Positions 12,297 through 25,200 of a stretch of DNA of 64,000 bases are shown piece after piece. The stretch covers positions 107,076,001-107,140,000 of the forward strand of contig NC_086107.1 of NCBI RefSeq assembly GCF_963921235.1, in the 5' to 3' direction. Every line of letters starts with the position of its first letter. The stretch's first letter is position 1. This DNA is from Mobula hypostoma (lineage: Eukaryota). The translations under genes and the position numbers were made by a program. The notes beneath the pieces were generated by a model. The model was not told the DNA's origin. It ran no database searches and saw only the letters and a list, made by a program, of their open reading frames with translations.

Positions 12297-12454
12297 TGAG
12301 AATCAACTTTATTCACTATATACATTTCCATGTATTAGGAATTTGCTAATTGGCGCGTTGGCATGATATGCAACTTAAAGCAACAACATTCAACAATTAT
12401 GAAGAATGCAGAATTATGTGAAAAAATGAAGTTGGAGGTTAAAGTATAGAAACT

Positions 12455-12700
12455 CTGCCGTGGGCGGGCCCAAGCCTAGGAGGAGGGTTGGGCATGGGGC
12501 TAACAACCCCATACCGTAAAAACCTAGTGCTGTAGAAACGCCAACAGAGAGTCCGAAGAGCTCATCCCTGGGAGGGGAAGGATGCACCAAGAAGATGGAC
12601 TACACCTGCAGACAACATGACAGACTGGCCCAGCACAAAGGGCTCTGGCGGGCTACTGTTGGTGGCTGATACCCCAGCAGGGGTGACAGACTTAAGTAAG
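12455..12700 (+). mobile_element. Non-autonomous RTE derivative
   Basis: RTE-like 5' motif ggggctaacaacccc joined to RLAQHKGLWRATVGG C-terminal relic and taagtaag tail. Confidence 0.55.
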
Positions 12701-14064
12701 TTAGAAGTACAGATAAGGAATAAAATATGCCTAAACACATAAACACCAGCATATATTTACAATGTAAACAGCTTAATAAAAAGTGGTTTAAAGTGTTTAC
12801 AGCGCAGTAATAGAGAGAGGGGGGTTGGGGAGAGGGGGATAATACCTCATTTCCTCTGGCTCCACCCCAGAATCTCAGTCCCATTCTGAGCTCTCTGACG
12901 GTGACCTCCTGCACCCTGACATCGAGACCCAACGCAAGTCTAAAGGAAGGGCACCTTGCAGCCTGCGGAACTCATCGACAAGTTATCCAGCTTGCTCCTT
13001 CTTTCTGCTGGCATGAGAACTGGCAGTCTGCGCCTCTCATTTTTCTGTCCGGTTTCTTCCTTCATTCTTCAAGCCCAATTATTTTATTTTTCTTTTTAAA
13101 TTTAGAGATACAAGCTCTCCCGGCCCTTCGAGCTGCACCGTCCAGCAACCCCCAATTTAACCCTCGCCTCATCAAGGGACAATTTACAATGACCAATTAA
13201 CCTACTAACCGGTACGTCTGTGAACTGTGAGAGGAAACTGGAGCACCTGGAGCGGAGGAGGTCCAGACTCCTTACAGATAATGTCAGGATTGAACTCCAA
13301 ACTTAGACAGCCTGGACTGTAATAGCGATACGCTAACCCCAAAGGTACCCCTGTTTCTGCAGGGGGTTTGGCCTCTCCCTCAAATGCACAAGGGCAAGAG
13401 AGTTGTGGACACAGCTCAGCACAGCCTCTCCCCTATGGATTCTGTTTGCACCTCTCAATGCCTCAGTAAAGGAGTCAGTATAATTAAAAACCCTTCCCAC
13501 CCTGCACAATCTCTCTGCTCCCCCATTATATCAGGCAGAAGATACAAACGCTTTAAAGCATGCACAATACCCTGCTGTTATTTTCTTTCGAACGGGCCTC
13601 TTGGATAAAAAGAAGGACTCCTAACCTCACTGCTACCTGGTCATGGTCTTGCATCTACTGTCTTCCTGCTTTGCACTTTCTCTGTAAGTGTTACACTCTA
13701 TTCTGTGCATCTATGAAAATGTTAAGGAGTGGACGTATCAGGCAGAGGCCCTTCGTCAGGACTGGAAAGGGGGGAGGGGGTGGGGAAGAAGCCAGAGTAA
13801 ATTTCTTAGAGTAATTCTTTTCTCTTTTTTCCCTCTCCCCCTTCTCTCTTCTTCCATTCTGCACTCTGGCCTCTTACCTCTTCTCCTCACCAGCCTGTCA
13901 CCTCCACTAGGTGCCTCTCCTTCTTCCCTTTCTCCCATGGTCCAATCTCCTCTCTTGTCAGATTCCTTCTTCTCCAGCCCTTTACCTTTCCCATCTACAG
14001 ATGACATGCAAAACAGTTTTGCATTGTACTTCAGTACATGTGACAACAATAACTCAATTACCGT

Positions 14065-14635
14065 AAGACCATAAGATATAGGAGCAGAATTAGGCCACTT
14101 GGCCCATCGAGTTTGCTTTGACATTTCATCGTGCCTAATCCATTTAACCCTCTCAGCCCCAATCTCCTGCCTTCTCCCTGTATCCCTTCATGCCCCGACT
14201 AATTAACCTCTGCCCTAAATTTACCCAATGACTTGGCCTCCACAGCCACCTGTGGCAAGGAATTCCACAGATTTACTGCTCTCTGGCTAAAGAAATTCCT
14301 CCTCACCTCCATCCTAAATGGACGTCGCTCTTTTCTGAGGCTGTGTCCTTTGGTCTATGAGCCCCCACCATAGGAAACGTCCTCTCCACATCCACTCCTC
14401 TGAGACCTTTCAACACTCGATAGGTTTCACTGAGGTCCCCCTCATTCTTCTGAAATCATCTGAGTACAAGCCCAGAGCCATCAAACGCTCCTCATATGAC
14501 AAACCTTTCAATCTCAGAATTATTTTCATGAACTTCCTTTGACCTTCTCCAATGTCAGCACATACTTTCTTGAAGGGGCCTAAAACTGCTCACAGCACGC
14601 CAAATGAAGCCTCACCAGTGGCTTATAAAGCCACA
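14065..14635 (-). mobile_element. CR1 LINE 3' relic
   Basis: ataagatataggagcagaattaggcca tail; aaggaattccacagatt (reverse of NLWNSL). Confidence 0.75.
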
Positions 14636-14832
14636 TGAAGCCATATATATTACCAATTATGTTGCATAGATAAGTAACCTTACTCTGATGTTAATTGCCC
14701 CTTAACTGCCACACTATTTCACCCTGTCAAAGAAATTCCAGTCAATATGGCAGATGTATACAATGCTCCCTCGGTTGACATCTTCTGGATAAACCACAAA
14801 ACCATTTATTTCACTTCTGTTACGTCTGTTTC

Positions 14833-15600
14833 TCATCAAAGTATGTTTGCAATATACAACTCTGAGATTCTGCTTCTCTCGATAGCCACAAAACAAAGAA
14901 AATCCATGGAAGTCAGTTCTGAGAGAAACAGCAAACCCACCAACACGACCATCAAACCGCTCCTCCCCGACACAGAACACAACAAGATCAAGCCCCCGTC
15001 CCCCGCAAAAAAAAAAGAGAAAGAAAATGTTTCTGGAACTGCTAGAGCCTGCAATTTCTGGTTGGAGATCATTTGAGCGATCCAGCACTTTGCTGGATTC
15101 CGGAAAGCAGCAGTCACGAACATCGAGGTGAAGAAACTACAGGTGAGCCAATCTTCGCTCCGTTTTGCTGATTAAAGCAACGGGGAAGATTGAAATATCG
15201 AGGCGAATGCAGAGGGGGGATGCCAATGGCCTGCTGATCCTTCGTGGGGTCGCTCTGCTGCTGGGCTTGAAGTCTTTCTCTTTTGATAATGCTGGTGAAT
15301 GTTACCGAGGTTTCCACGGATGGATTTTAGACCGTGGACTATGACCTTTTTTTCAGTCCTACTGCTTTTGCCATCCTTTCTCATTGTTTTTTTGTGCGGG
15401 GGATGGGGATTTGCTCTTGCTGTGTTTCACTTGGGAGAGGGAGTTGGGGGGGTGGTTAATGATCATGTTATTGGATTTGCTGTTTCTCTCTGAACTGACT
15501 TCTGTGGTTTTTCTTTGTTTTGTGGCTATCTGGAGAAGATGAATCTCAGAGTTGTATATTGCATACATACTTTGATGATAAATGAACCATTGAACCTTTG
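14833..15600. mobile_element. Two Rex1-tailed non-autonomous elements in inverted, tail-outward arrangement
   Basis: 14833-15030 is the reverse complement of ~15370-15580. Confidence 0.65.
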
Positions 15601-16874
15601 AAATTCTGCTCATTTCGCTCCCCAACCTCTCTGCTACCTGAACTAATCCTTCCCCGGTTATGCCGAGGGGCAATCTATAAATTACAATCAGAAATATACT
15701 AAAAATAAATTAAGTCAGTAGTGCAAAAGAAGTGCAAAAAATAGTGAGGTCGTATACATGGGTTGGTTCACTGTCCATTCAGAAATCCGATGGTGGAGAG
15801 GAGGAAACTATTCCTAAGATGTTCAGTATGTGTCTTCAGGCTCCTGTACCTCCTCCCTGAGGTAGTCAGGAGGCCCTGATTCCTCCCTGTAGGTAGGTCC
15901 GTGTAGCTGGTCCATGATTCAGTTCCACACAGTAATGTAGGGAGAATGACTGCTATTTTCACTGGCCAGAAAGTTGGTAACAAGATTTAAAATAATTGGC
16001 ATAATAACCAGGGAGGAAGAGGATTTATTTATATTTTTGTTAACGCAGCCTGTTGCTGTGATCTGGAACGCTCTGCCTGAAGGGAGGTTGAAGAAGACTC
16101 AATATATCTTTTGAAAAAGAATTAAATAATTGCTTGGAAAAATGAGAAAAAAAATACAGGGCATAGAGGAAGAGAATGCAAGCATATTTATTGATTGATT
16201 TATTTATTGTGATACAGCCCAGTAGGCCCTTGGCCTATTTGAACCACACCGCCCAGCAACCCCGAATTTAATCCCAGCCGAATCAGGGGAGAATTTACAA
16301 TGACCAATTAACCTAACAACCAGTCCGTCTTTGGACTGTGGGAGGAAACCAGAGCACCCAGAGGAAACCCACGCGGTCACCAGAAGAATGTACAAACTCC
16401 TTACAGGCAGCAGCGGGAAATGAACCTGGGCCGCCTGTACCGTAAATCATTGAGTGAGTGAGGCTCTGTTGGAGAGCTCAGTCTATTGACTTTGCTTCTA
16501 GCTGCTTGGCAGAGGCGGGTGGGAAGATGTTAGCCAAGGAAGATAGAACATAGAACATTGAGCAGTACAGCACATTACAGGCCCTTCAGCCCACAATCTT
16601 GTGCTGACCTTCTAACCCACTCCAAGATCAATCTATCAATTCCCTCCTACATATCCTTTCATTTTTTTTCATCTATAGGTCTATCTAAGAGACTCTTAGA
16701 TGTCCCTATTGTACTTGCTTCTACCAATACCCCTGGCAGGATGTTTCATGCACCCACCTTCCTCTAACATTCACCCTATACTTTCCTCCAATCACCTTAA
16801 AATTATGCCCTCTTATAGCTATTTCTAGCCGGGGTAAGAGTCACTGGCTGTCCACTGTATCTATGCCTCTTATT

Positions 16875-17417
16875 CATTCAGTGGCCACTTTATTAGGTAC
16901 ACCTGTTCGTTAATGCAAATATCTAATCAGCCAATCATGTGGCAGCAACTCAATGCATAAAAGCATGCAGACACGGTCAAGAGGTTCAGTTGTTATTCAG
17001 ACCAAACATTAGAACGGGGGAAAAATGTGACTTTGACCATGGAGTGATTGTTGGTGCCAGACAGGAAGTGGTTGGGTATGTCATAAAATGCTGATCTCCC
17101 GAGATTTTCACGCACAACAATCTCTAGGATTTTACAGATAATGGTGTGAGACCCAAAAACATCCAGTGAATGGCAGTTCTGAGGGCTGAAGTGCTTTGTT
17201 ATTGAAAGAGGTCAGGGGAGAATGGCCAGACTGGTTCAAGCTGACAGGGAGGTGACAGTAACTCAGATAACCACACGTCGTTTGCAGAATGGCATCTCTG
17301 AATGCACAACACATTGAACTTTGAAGAGGCTGGGCTGCAGCAGCAGAAGACCACAAACAAACACTCAGTGGCCACTTTGTTAGGTTCAGGGGTGTGTAAT
17401 AAGATGGACATTGAGTG
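16875..17417 (+). mobile_element. Non-autonomous Tc1-like element
   Basis: TIR cagtggccactttattaggtaca; degenerate transposase N-terminus. Confidence 0.8.
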
Positions 17418-17971
17418 GGACAAAACCCTCTCAGGTGGCTTCCAGATATTCAGTGCACGCTGGATTTGGTTTTAGCATCTCTTAGGCTTTGGATGTGATT
17501 TGCATGGACCTGATGACCTCCTTTTATGTTTTAAAATAAACACAATGAAATAAATAACAGGAGGACCTTGTTTACCTGGTAACTACCAACTCTAGAGCAT
17601 AGATTTGTCAATCAGAGTTCAAAGTTCGAAGCAGATGTATTATCAAAGTACATATATGTCACCAGATGCCATACCGAGATTCATTTTCTTACGGGCATTC
17701 TCAGTAAATCTAAGAACCATAATCGAATTAATGAAAGCCAACAGGGTGGACAAACCAGCAGTGTGCAAAATACAACGATATAGAAGAAATAAGAAATAAT
17801 AATAATAATAAATAATCAATAAATATTGAGAGCATGAGATGAAGAGTCCTTGAAAGTGAGTCCATAATTTGCGGGTACATTTCGGTGATGGGGCAATTGA
17901 AGTTGAGTGAAGTTATTTCGTTTGGTTCAACCTGATGGTTGAGGGGTAATAACTGTTCCTGAACCTGGTGG

Positions 17972-18191
17972 CAACACACATCAAAGTTGCTGGTGAATGC
18001 AACAGGCCAGGCAGCATCTCTAGGAAGAGGTGCAGTCGACGTTTCAGGCCGACACCCTTCGTGACAAAGGGTCTCGGCCTGAAACGTCGACTGTACCTCT
18101 TCCTAGAGATGCTGCCTGGCCTGCTGCATTCACCAGCAACTTTAATGTGTGTTGCTTGAATTTCCAGCATCTACAGAATTCCCGTTGTTTG
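17972..18191. mobile_element. Palindromic Penelope-derived insertion inside a Rex1 3' end
   Basis: Exact 14-bp TSD cctgaacctggtgg (17958-17971 / 18192-18205); arms invert at ~18062. Confidence 0.85.
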
Positions 18192-18519
18192 CCTGAACCT
18201 GGTGGTGTGAGTTCTGAGGCTCCTGTACTTTCTTCCTGATGGCAGCAGTGAGAAGAGAGCGTGTCCTGTGTGGTGGGGGTTCCTGATGATGGATACTGAT
18301 TCCCTTCAACACATAGGTAGGTTTCAATAGGTACATTTAATGTCAGAGAAATGTATACAATACACATCCTGAAATTCTTTTTCTTTGCAAACATGGAGCA
18401 ACAAGTTAAACAACAAGTAATATATTTACCCTTGGCAACTTAAGTGCAATTAAGCTTCACAAGAGGCTTCATAGGAGAGTTATCAAATGGAAATATCACC
18501 AGTACAAAAGAATATGTTA

Positions 18520-18596
18520 TACAGTACTGTGCAAAGGTCTTATTTACCCTGGATGTATATATGTATGTGTGCCTAAGACTTCTGTACGGTACCGTA
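18520..18596. mobile_element. Stand-alone TIR-only mini MITE (Tc1-type)
   Basis: tacagtactgtgcaaaggtctta...taagacttctgtacggtaccgta, TA-flanked inverted repeat. Confidence 0.7.
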
Positions 18597-19359
18597 TGTC
18601 TGAAACAAATAAACAGAAACTGCTCAGCAGGTTGGAGAAAGAAAGTAACCAGGTTAACATTTCGGATCTGTAACATTTCACCAGGTTAGTCCTGATGTAA
18701 GATGAACGACCTTTCTCTACAGAGGCTGACTGACCAGCTAAGCATTCCCACAACTTGGCTGTATAATACTTGACAGACGGTCACATAAAACTGATCAGAT
18801 AGGTTAGGGTTTAAGGTCTGGGCACCACACCTGGACCACTTTGAATAGTATTTATTTAGAGATACAGTGATTAAGAGGCCCTCTCGGACCAACGAACCAC
18901 ACCGTCCAGCTACCCACCTATTTTACCATAGCCCTAATCACCAATTAATCTACTATCTAGTACATCTTTGGACTGTGGGAGGAAATCGGATACCTGGAGG
19001 AAACCCACACACTGACGCGAAGGACGTGCAAACTTCTTACAGAGGTCGCCGGAATTGAACTCCGAAACTCCAACACCCGGCGCTGTAATAGTATCAGGCT
19101 AATTTATTGTGGCATTGTGGGGGATAAACTGGCCTGAAAGGAAGGGTGTAGGTCAATATTTCAATCCTAAATGTTCAGCTACGAGGAGAGATAACACTGC
19201 CTTGGGTCTTGTTCCATAGCATTCGGAGGGTTGAAAGCAGATGCCTCTTGATATGTAACCACAGTTATTACACATCATGGCTATTGGAATGGTAATGAGA
19301 AACTTTGATAAAGTTGGCCGTTGCCTTAAATTTTATTTGACTTTAGTTCTACTTGCTAC

Positions 19360-20870
19360 TCATCAGGCAAACAACCGGGATTGGCAAAGCCTGCAAGGAG
19401 TTTGGGCGGTTCATCAGCTTGAAGAAGATAAAAGTCATGGTTATGTTCTAGAGGTGGTCCTTCACCTATCATTACAAATATTCTGTTTCTTGATGCTGAG
19501 CTGTGCAACAGTACAGCCAAGGCTACAGCTGCCATGGCCAGACCAAACAAGAGAGTGGGGAACAACAGCCATCTGACTGTGAATACCAAACTACGTGTGT
19601 ACCAGTTCTATGTTCTTGGCAATCTCCTCTACAGCAGTGAAGCTTGGACAATCTATGCCAGTCAAGAGAATAAACTAAACAGCTTTCACTTGTGCTGCCT
19701 CGGACAGATCCTGGAAGGATAAGACCACTCTTACAATGTCCTCAGCCAGAGGCAGTTCAGTTGGTTAGAACAATCATCTAAGAGGAGAGAAGGGAGGAGA
19801 AGATGGTGGCACGACGCAGCTCGCAGCGGCCACTCCAGCGGTGATGTCTGCTATTTGTCAAGTAGGGTGCCGTGCACAATCCTGATTTGATGGAGACGGA
19901 CGTGAGAGCACGGAGGAACATCTGGAGAAACTTCTGAAATGCCTGCTTCTCTGCCGCTGCTACTGTGTGGTCCAGAATCTCCGGAGGGGAAGGCCCCGAG
20001 TCCTCGGCTTTGCTTGTCGCTTGGCGGCCGGGGCGGGGTCGAAGCACTCGGCAGAGGATGGTGCTCGGAGAGGCTGTGTTGGAGGGGCTGGTCGAAGGCT
20101 CGAAGCTTTCGGACGGACTCAGAGTCTGCTGCGGTCGGGTGCTTCCAATGGTGCTGCATCGGCAAGTTTGCGGCGCTTGGAGGTTCATGGCAGGGAGAGT
20201 TTCTCCCTTCTATCGTCTGCGTGAGATGATGAGTCTATCGGGACTTTGAGACTTTTTTTTACCATGCCCGTGGTCTGCTTTTTATCAAATTACGGTATTG
20301 CTTTGCACTGTTGTAACTATATGTTATAATTATGTGGTTTTGTCAGCTTTAGTCTTGGTTTGTCCTGTGTTTCTGTGATATCATTCTGGAGGAACGTTGT
20401 ATTGTTTTTTTAATGCATGCATTTCTAAATGACAATAAACGAGGACTGAGTGTCCTCATAATCTAATCTAATCTAATGTCAGGCAAATGGGCTCCAGCCA
20501 AATCCCGAAAGACTTGCTGTATTGTCAGCTGGAAGAGGGTGCACGCCCAGTTGGTCACCCTCATACGTTTGCAAAAAGGACCTGAAGCTGCCAACCAGGA
20601 AGATATAGCAGACGAATGGGGCTGCCTGGAGCCTGGCAGTTCGAAAAGGCACGCAAAGAGCAGAAAATAACCGCATTAATCACTGGCTGACAAGAGAAGG
20701 AGGGGGACGCTCCAACCAGATGCCCGAATTCCTTCAATTGCAGTCAGTGTGGAAGAGACTGCCACTCCAGAGTGGGACTCCTCAGCCACTCTTAGGAAGT
20801 GCGCCTCCACGAGATGACTTTTCTCATGCTCTACCCACTGTCTTTTGAGGTAGAAAGATGCCAAACACAA
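19360..20870 (+). mobile_element. Degenerate RTE-clade LINE, interrupted at ~19782-20476
   Basis: ACKEFGRFISLKKIKVM; TKLRVYQFYVLGNLLYSSEAWTIYASQENKLNSFHLCCLGQIL. Confidence 0.75.
19782..20476 (+). mobile_element. ~690 bp non-tRNA retroposon, copy 2
   Basis: Homologous to 4466-5155; (aatct)3 tail. Confidence 0.85.
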
Positions 20871-21554
20871 ACATATACAGTATTAGTCCATTGATAGATC
20901 TTTGGCAACTAGAAATATTAATGGACGCGGAGCAAAGCTTGCAATATGAGCTTTGCCTTGGAAGATGAAGGTAGTTTGGTTACAATCTCACTGAATGATG
21001 GAACAGGATCAAGAGTCTAAATGGTTTGACAGCCAGAGAAGTTTAGGAAGAGAATTACAGAACCAGGAACAGTGCCTAATAGTTGGATTGAGGAAACAGG
21101 AAATGCCCAAGGCACCTCTATGCATCCAGAGAGAACCGGGAATAGAAGCAAGATGAATAGATAGGTAGGGAGATAGATTCATCTTGTTGGATGCATTGAG
21201 TACATTTCTGGAGAGGAATAAACAGGCTGAGACCCTTCATCAAGAAAGGAAAGGAGCAGAAGCCAGATTTAGAAGATAGGTTTTCCAGAGAGTTGTGTTG
21301 GAACTTTAATCGTACAGCCAGAGACATACAAATACCAACACAACTCTCTGGAAAACCCACCTTTGTATTTTAGCTTCTCCCGCTTCCTTTCCAGTCCCGA
21401 TAAAGGGTCTTGGCCTGAATCTTCGACTGTTTATTCCCCTCCATATTTGCTGAGGTGTCCCGGGATTTTATATGTGTTGCTCAAGATTTTCAGCCTCTGT
21501 GAACCTCTTATGTTTCTATATTGAATACTTTTCTTCTCTCTTGGTCTCCAGCCT

Positions 21555-22090
21555 GCACCTCCTGTACCTAATAAAGTGTATGTTTGCAATCTCCTGTCAC
21601 TATAGCTCATCAGCTTCGAGGTTTGACATAGTCTGTGTTCAGAAATGCTCTTCTGCACACCACCGTTGTAACATGAGGTTACTTGAGTTACTGTCACCTT
21701 CCTGTTGGCTTCATATCAGTCTGATCATTCTCCTCTGACCTCTCTCATTAACAAGGCATTTTTCACACACAGAACTGGATGTTCACTGGATGTTTTTTTT
21801 TGTTTCTCACTGAATTCTCTGTAAACTCTAGAGACTGTTGTGCATGAAAATCCCAGGAGGTCAGAGTTTTCTGAAATACTCAAACAACCCCATCTGGCAC
21901 CCAACAATCACTCCAAGGTCAAAATCATTGAGATCACAGTTCTTTCCCCATTCTGAAGTTTGGTTTGAACAACAACTGAACCTCTTGATCATGCCTGCAT
22001 GCTTTTATGAATGGATTGCCGCCACTTGATTGGCCGATTAGATATTTGCATTAATGAGCAGGCGTACTGAATAAAGCACCCTCTGAGTGT
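21555..22090 (-). mobile_element. Non-autonomous Tc1-like element
   Basis: GARWGCLSISENSDLLGFSCTTVSRVYREFSEK transposase relic; TIR remnants. Confidence 0.8.
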
Positions 22091-22664
22091 GTTCTTATTG
22101 TAATTTATAGTTGTTTTATAGATTGCACTGCACTGCTGCTGCAGAAGAACATGTTTCATGGCATATGTTAGTGATAATAAAGCTGTTTCTGATTCCTGTT
22201 AGAATACACCTGCAGTGGTAGGAGCATTGAAAGTTCTGAAGGCAGTAGTTTGATATCCATGTTCTCCTGGTAACAGAAGATCCATAGTGAGCCCAGTTGT
22301 AACACTGGGAAGGTGTCTTCCTTCTCAAATCCACTCCTGCCTGAATGAAAAGCAATTACAAAGAACTCACATCCTTTGCAAGTCTTTGTTGGATCTGGGA
22401 CAGCCATCATGGGGACTGTGGGAATCAGTACTCTACCTTGAAACCTGCGGGAGAATCATTAAAAGAATGTTTGAGAAAATACTTTGCAGCGAGCGTGAGA
22501 AATGCAGGGCTGCATTTTCAGGCTGGCAGACAGTGGCTCAGAGGTGCCCTCAACTCTGGAGCAGAAAGACCCAGATACCTGCTTCCATGTAAATGAGGCT
22601 GGCCCTCCAGCACAAGGTCTGAGGGAGGGTTACACTGCCAAAGTTACTGCCTTATTCTCTACTC

Positions 22665-23590
22665 TACTGCCTGTAACATCGCTGTCATTTAGGGCAGCAA
22701 TGAAGGTCTCCCATCTCCAGTGGAGATCTGGGTTTCCCTCATCGTGTCACTACTGTCAGCCATGCAAGTCCCGGGTGGAGACTCAGGAATACTAAAACAA
22801 CAGGAATTCTGCAGATGCTGGAAATTCAAGCAACACACATCAAAGTTGCTGGTGAACGCAGCAGGCCAGGCAGCATCTACAGGAAGAGGCGCAGTCGACG
22901 TTTCAGGCCGAGACCCTTCGTCAGGACTAACTGAAGGAAGAGTGAGTAAGGGATTTGAAAGCTGGAGGGGGAGGGGGAGATGCAAAATGATAGGAGAAGA
23001 CAGGAGGGGGAGGGATAGAGCCGAGAGCTGGACAGGTGATAGGCAAAAGGGGATACGAGAGGATCATGGGACAGGAGGTCCGGGAAGAAAGACAAGGGGG
23101 GGGTGACCCAGAGGATGGGCAAGGGGTATATTCAGAGGGACAGAGGGAGAAAAAGGAGAGTGAGAGAAAGAATGTGTGCATAAAAATGAGTAACAGATGG
23201 GGTACGAGGGGGAGGTGGGGCCTTAGCGGAAGTTAGAGAAGTCGATGTTCATGCAATCAGGTTGGACCTGCTTGGCCTGCTGCGTTCACCAGCAACTTTG
23301 ATGTATGTTACTCAAGAATACTGTTGCCTTCAGATGCAGAAGGAGTCTTCATTGCTGTTTGCCTAACAGTTTTGTTTTACTAGTCATGGTTGTTAGCTCT
23401 GAGCTGAACCCCTGAACCTGGAGGACCGGTGGACCACTCTTAGTCTGACCTCTACCCTTTGACCTGTTTGGCATGGGTGACTCTACTCTGAGCCAAAACA
23501 TAAAACCCTGACTCCAACCTATGTAGCTCTCTGGGTCATTGAGCTACGCAAACCTCCAAACCACAACAAGGTTGTAGTCCTCTTGGAGGA
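22665..23590 (-). mobile_element. Non-autonomous RTE/Expander-like element, interrupted
   Basis: Uninterrupted homologues at ~41815-42230(-) and ~43580-43960(+), the latter ending ggcagtaagtaa. Confidence 0.65.
22794..23309 (-). mobile_element. Penelope-like 3' insertion with short inverted end
   Basis: TSD actcaggaatact (22781-22793) / actcaagaatact (23310-23322); hammerhead motif at 22892-22929. Confidence 0.8.
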
Positions 23591-23814
23591 TGGAGGAAAT
23601 ACATTGATTTCCTGCCACATGATTAGGTGATTAGATATGTGCTTATTGATGAGGCATTAAGCCGCGGCCCCATCTGTTCTCTCCATTGCCTGCGAAAGAT
23701 CCCATGCCACCATTCTGAAGACATTTAGAGAGATAAACCCAGATTAACATTGATGATATTGGATAAGGGCCTACTCTTAACCCTTCAACCAAAATAACTA
23801 CAGATATCCTCAAC

Positions 23815-25200
23815 AGGTTTCAATTCTTTGGCCCTGACCCTCTACTTTTCACCATGGATGTCCAGTCTCCATACACTGCTATCCCCGTTAAAAAAGTCCT
23901 GTAGCTCTCTGTTTCTTTCCCAACAAAAGAACCAACCAGTTCCTGTCCACTACCACCCTCTTCTGTCAGGCAGAACTGGTCCTCACTCTCAATAATTTCT
24001 CTTTCAGCTCCTTTTACTTTCTCCAGACTCAAGGGGCAGCCATGGGCACCCGCATGGGCTCCAGCTATGCCTGCCTCTTTGTTGGCTGTGTAGAACAGTC
24101 CATGTACCAAGCCTTCCATGGTAAAGCTCCTTAACTCTTTATGTGCTAGATTGATGATTGCATTGATGCTGCTTCATGCACCCACACTGGGCTCGTCAAT
24201 TTCATCAACTTTGCTTCCAACTTCCACCCTGCCGTTAAATTTACTTAGTCCATTTCTGACACCTCCCTCTCCTTTCTCGATTTCTCTTTTTCTATCACTG
24301 GAGACAAACCGTAATAACATCTTTTACAAACCAACCAATTACCACGGCTGTCCTGACTATACCTCTTTCAACCCTATCTCCTGTAAAAATCCTATTCTCT
24401 TTTCTCGGTTCCCTCATCTACACTACTGATACTGCCCTCAGCTGCATCTCCTCCCTTTTCTGGATATCCGATCTCACCCCATCTTCCACCTCCTTAAAAG
24501 GGATAGAGTTCCTCTTGTCCTAACCTATTACCCCAAGAGCCTCTGCGTCCAAATACATCATTCTCTGAAACTTCTGCCTTCTCCGGAGGGATCCGACCGC
24601 GAAACACATCTTTACCTCCCCCCACTCTCGGCTTTCTGCAGAGATCACTCCCTCTATGATTCCCTTATCTATTCATCCCTCCCTACTAATTTCCCTCCTG
24701 GCACTTATCCTTGCAAGCGGCCAAAGCGCTACGCCTGCCCATTCACCTCCTCCCTCACCTCCATTCAGGGCCTCAAGCAGTCCTTCCAGGTGAGGCAATG
24801 CTTCATTTGCAAATCTGTTGGGGTCATCCATTGTATCCTGCGCTCCCAATGCAGCCTCTTCATCATAAATGGGGTGGGGGGGGGGTTCCGCTTTGTTGGG
24901 CGCCTCCACTCCTCTGCCAAAAGTGGAATTTCCTGGTGGCCATCCATTTTAATTCCTATTCCAATTCCTGTTCCGACATGTCAGTCCATGGCTTCCTATT
25001 GTGTCAAGATGACACTCTCAGGGTGGAAGAGCAACATCTCATCTGCTTAGTCTCCAACATGATGAACATCGAGTTTTCTTTCTGGTAATTTCCCCCCTTT
25101 CCCCATTCCTCTTCATCTATTCCCTACTCTGGAGTCTTACCTCTTCTCAGCTGCTTTACACCTCCACCCAATGCCCCTCCTTCTTCCCTTTCTCCTATGA
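23815..25200 (+). mobile_element. Degenerate Penelope-like element (RT plus GIY-YIG region)
   Basis: LFTMDVQS; ELVLTLNNFSF..FLQTQGAAMGTRMG..YACLFVG; VIHCILRSQCSL; many frameshifts. Confidence 0.8.
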
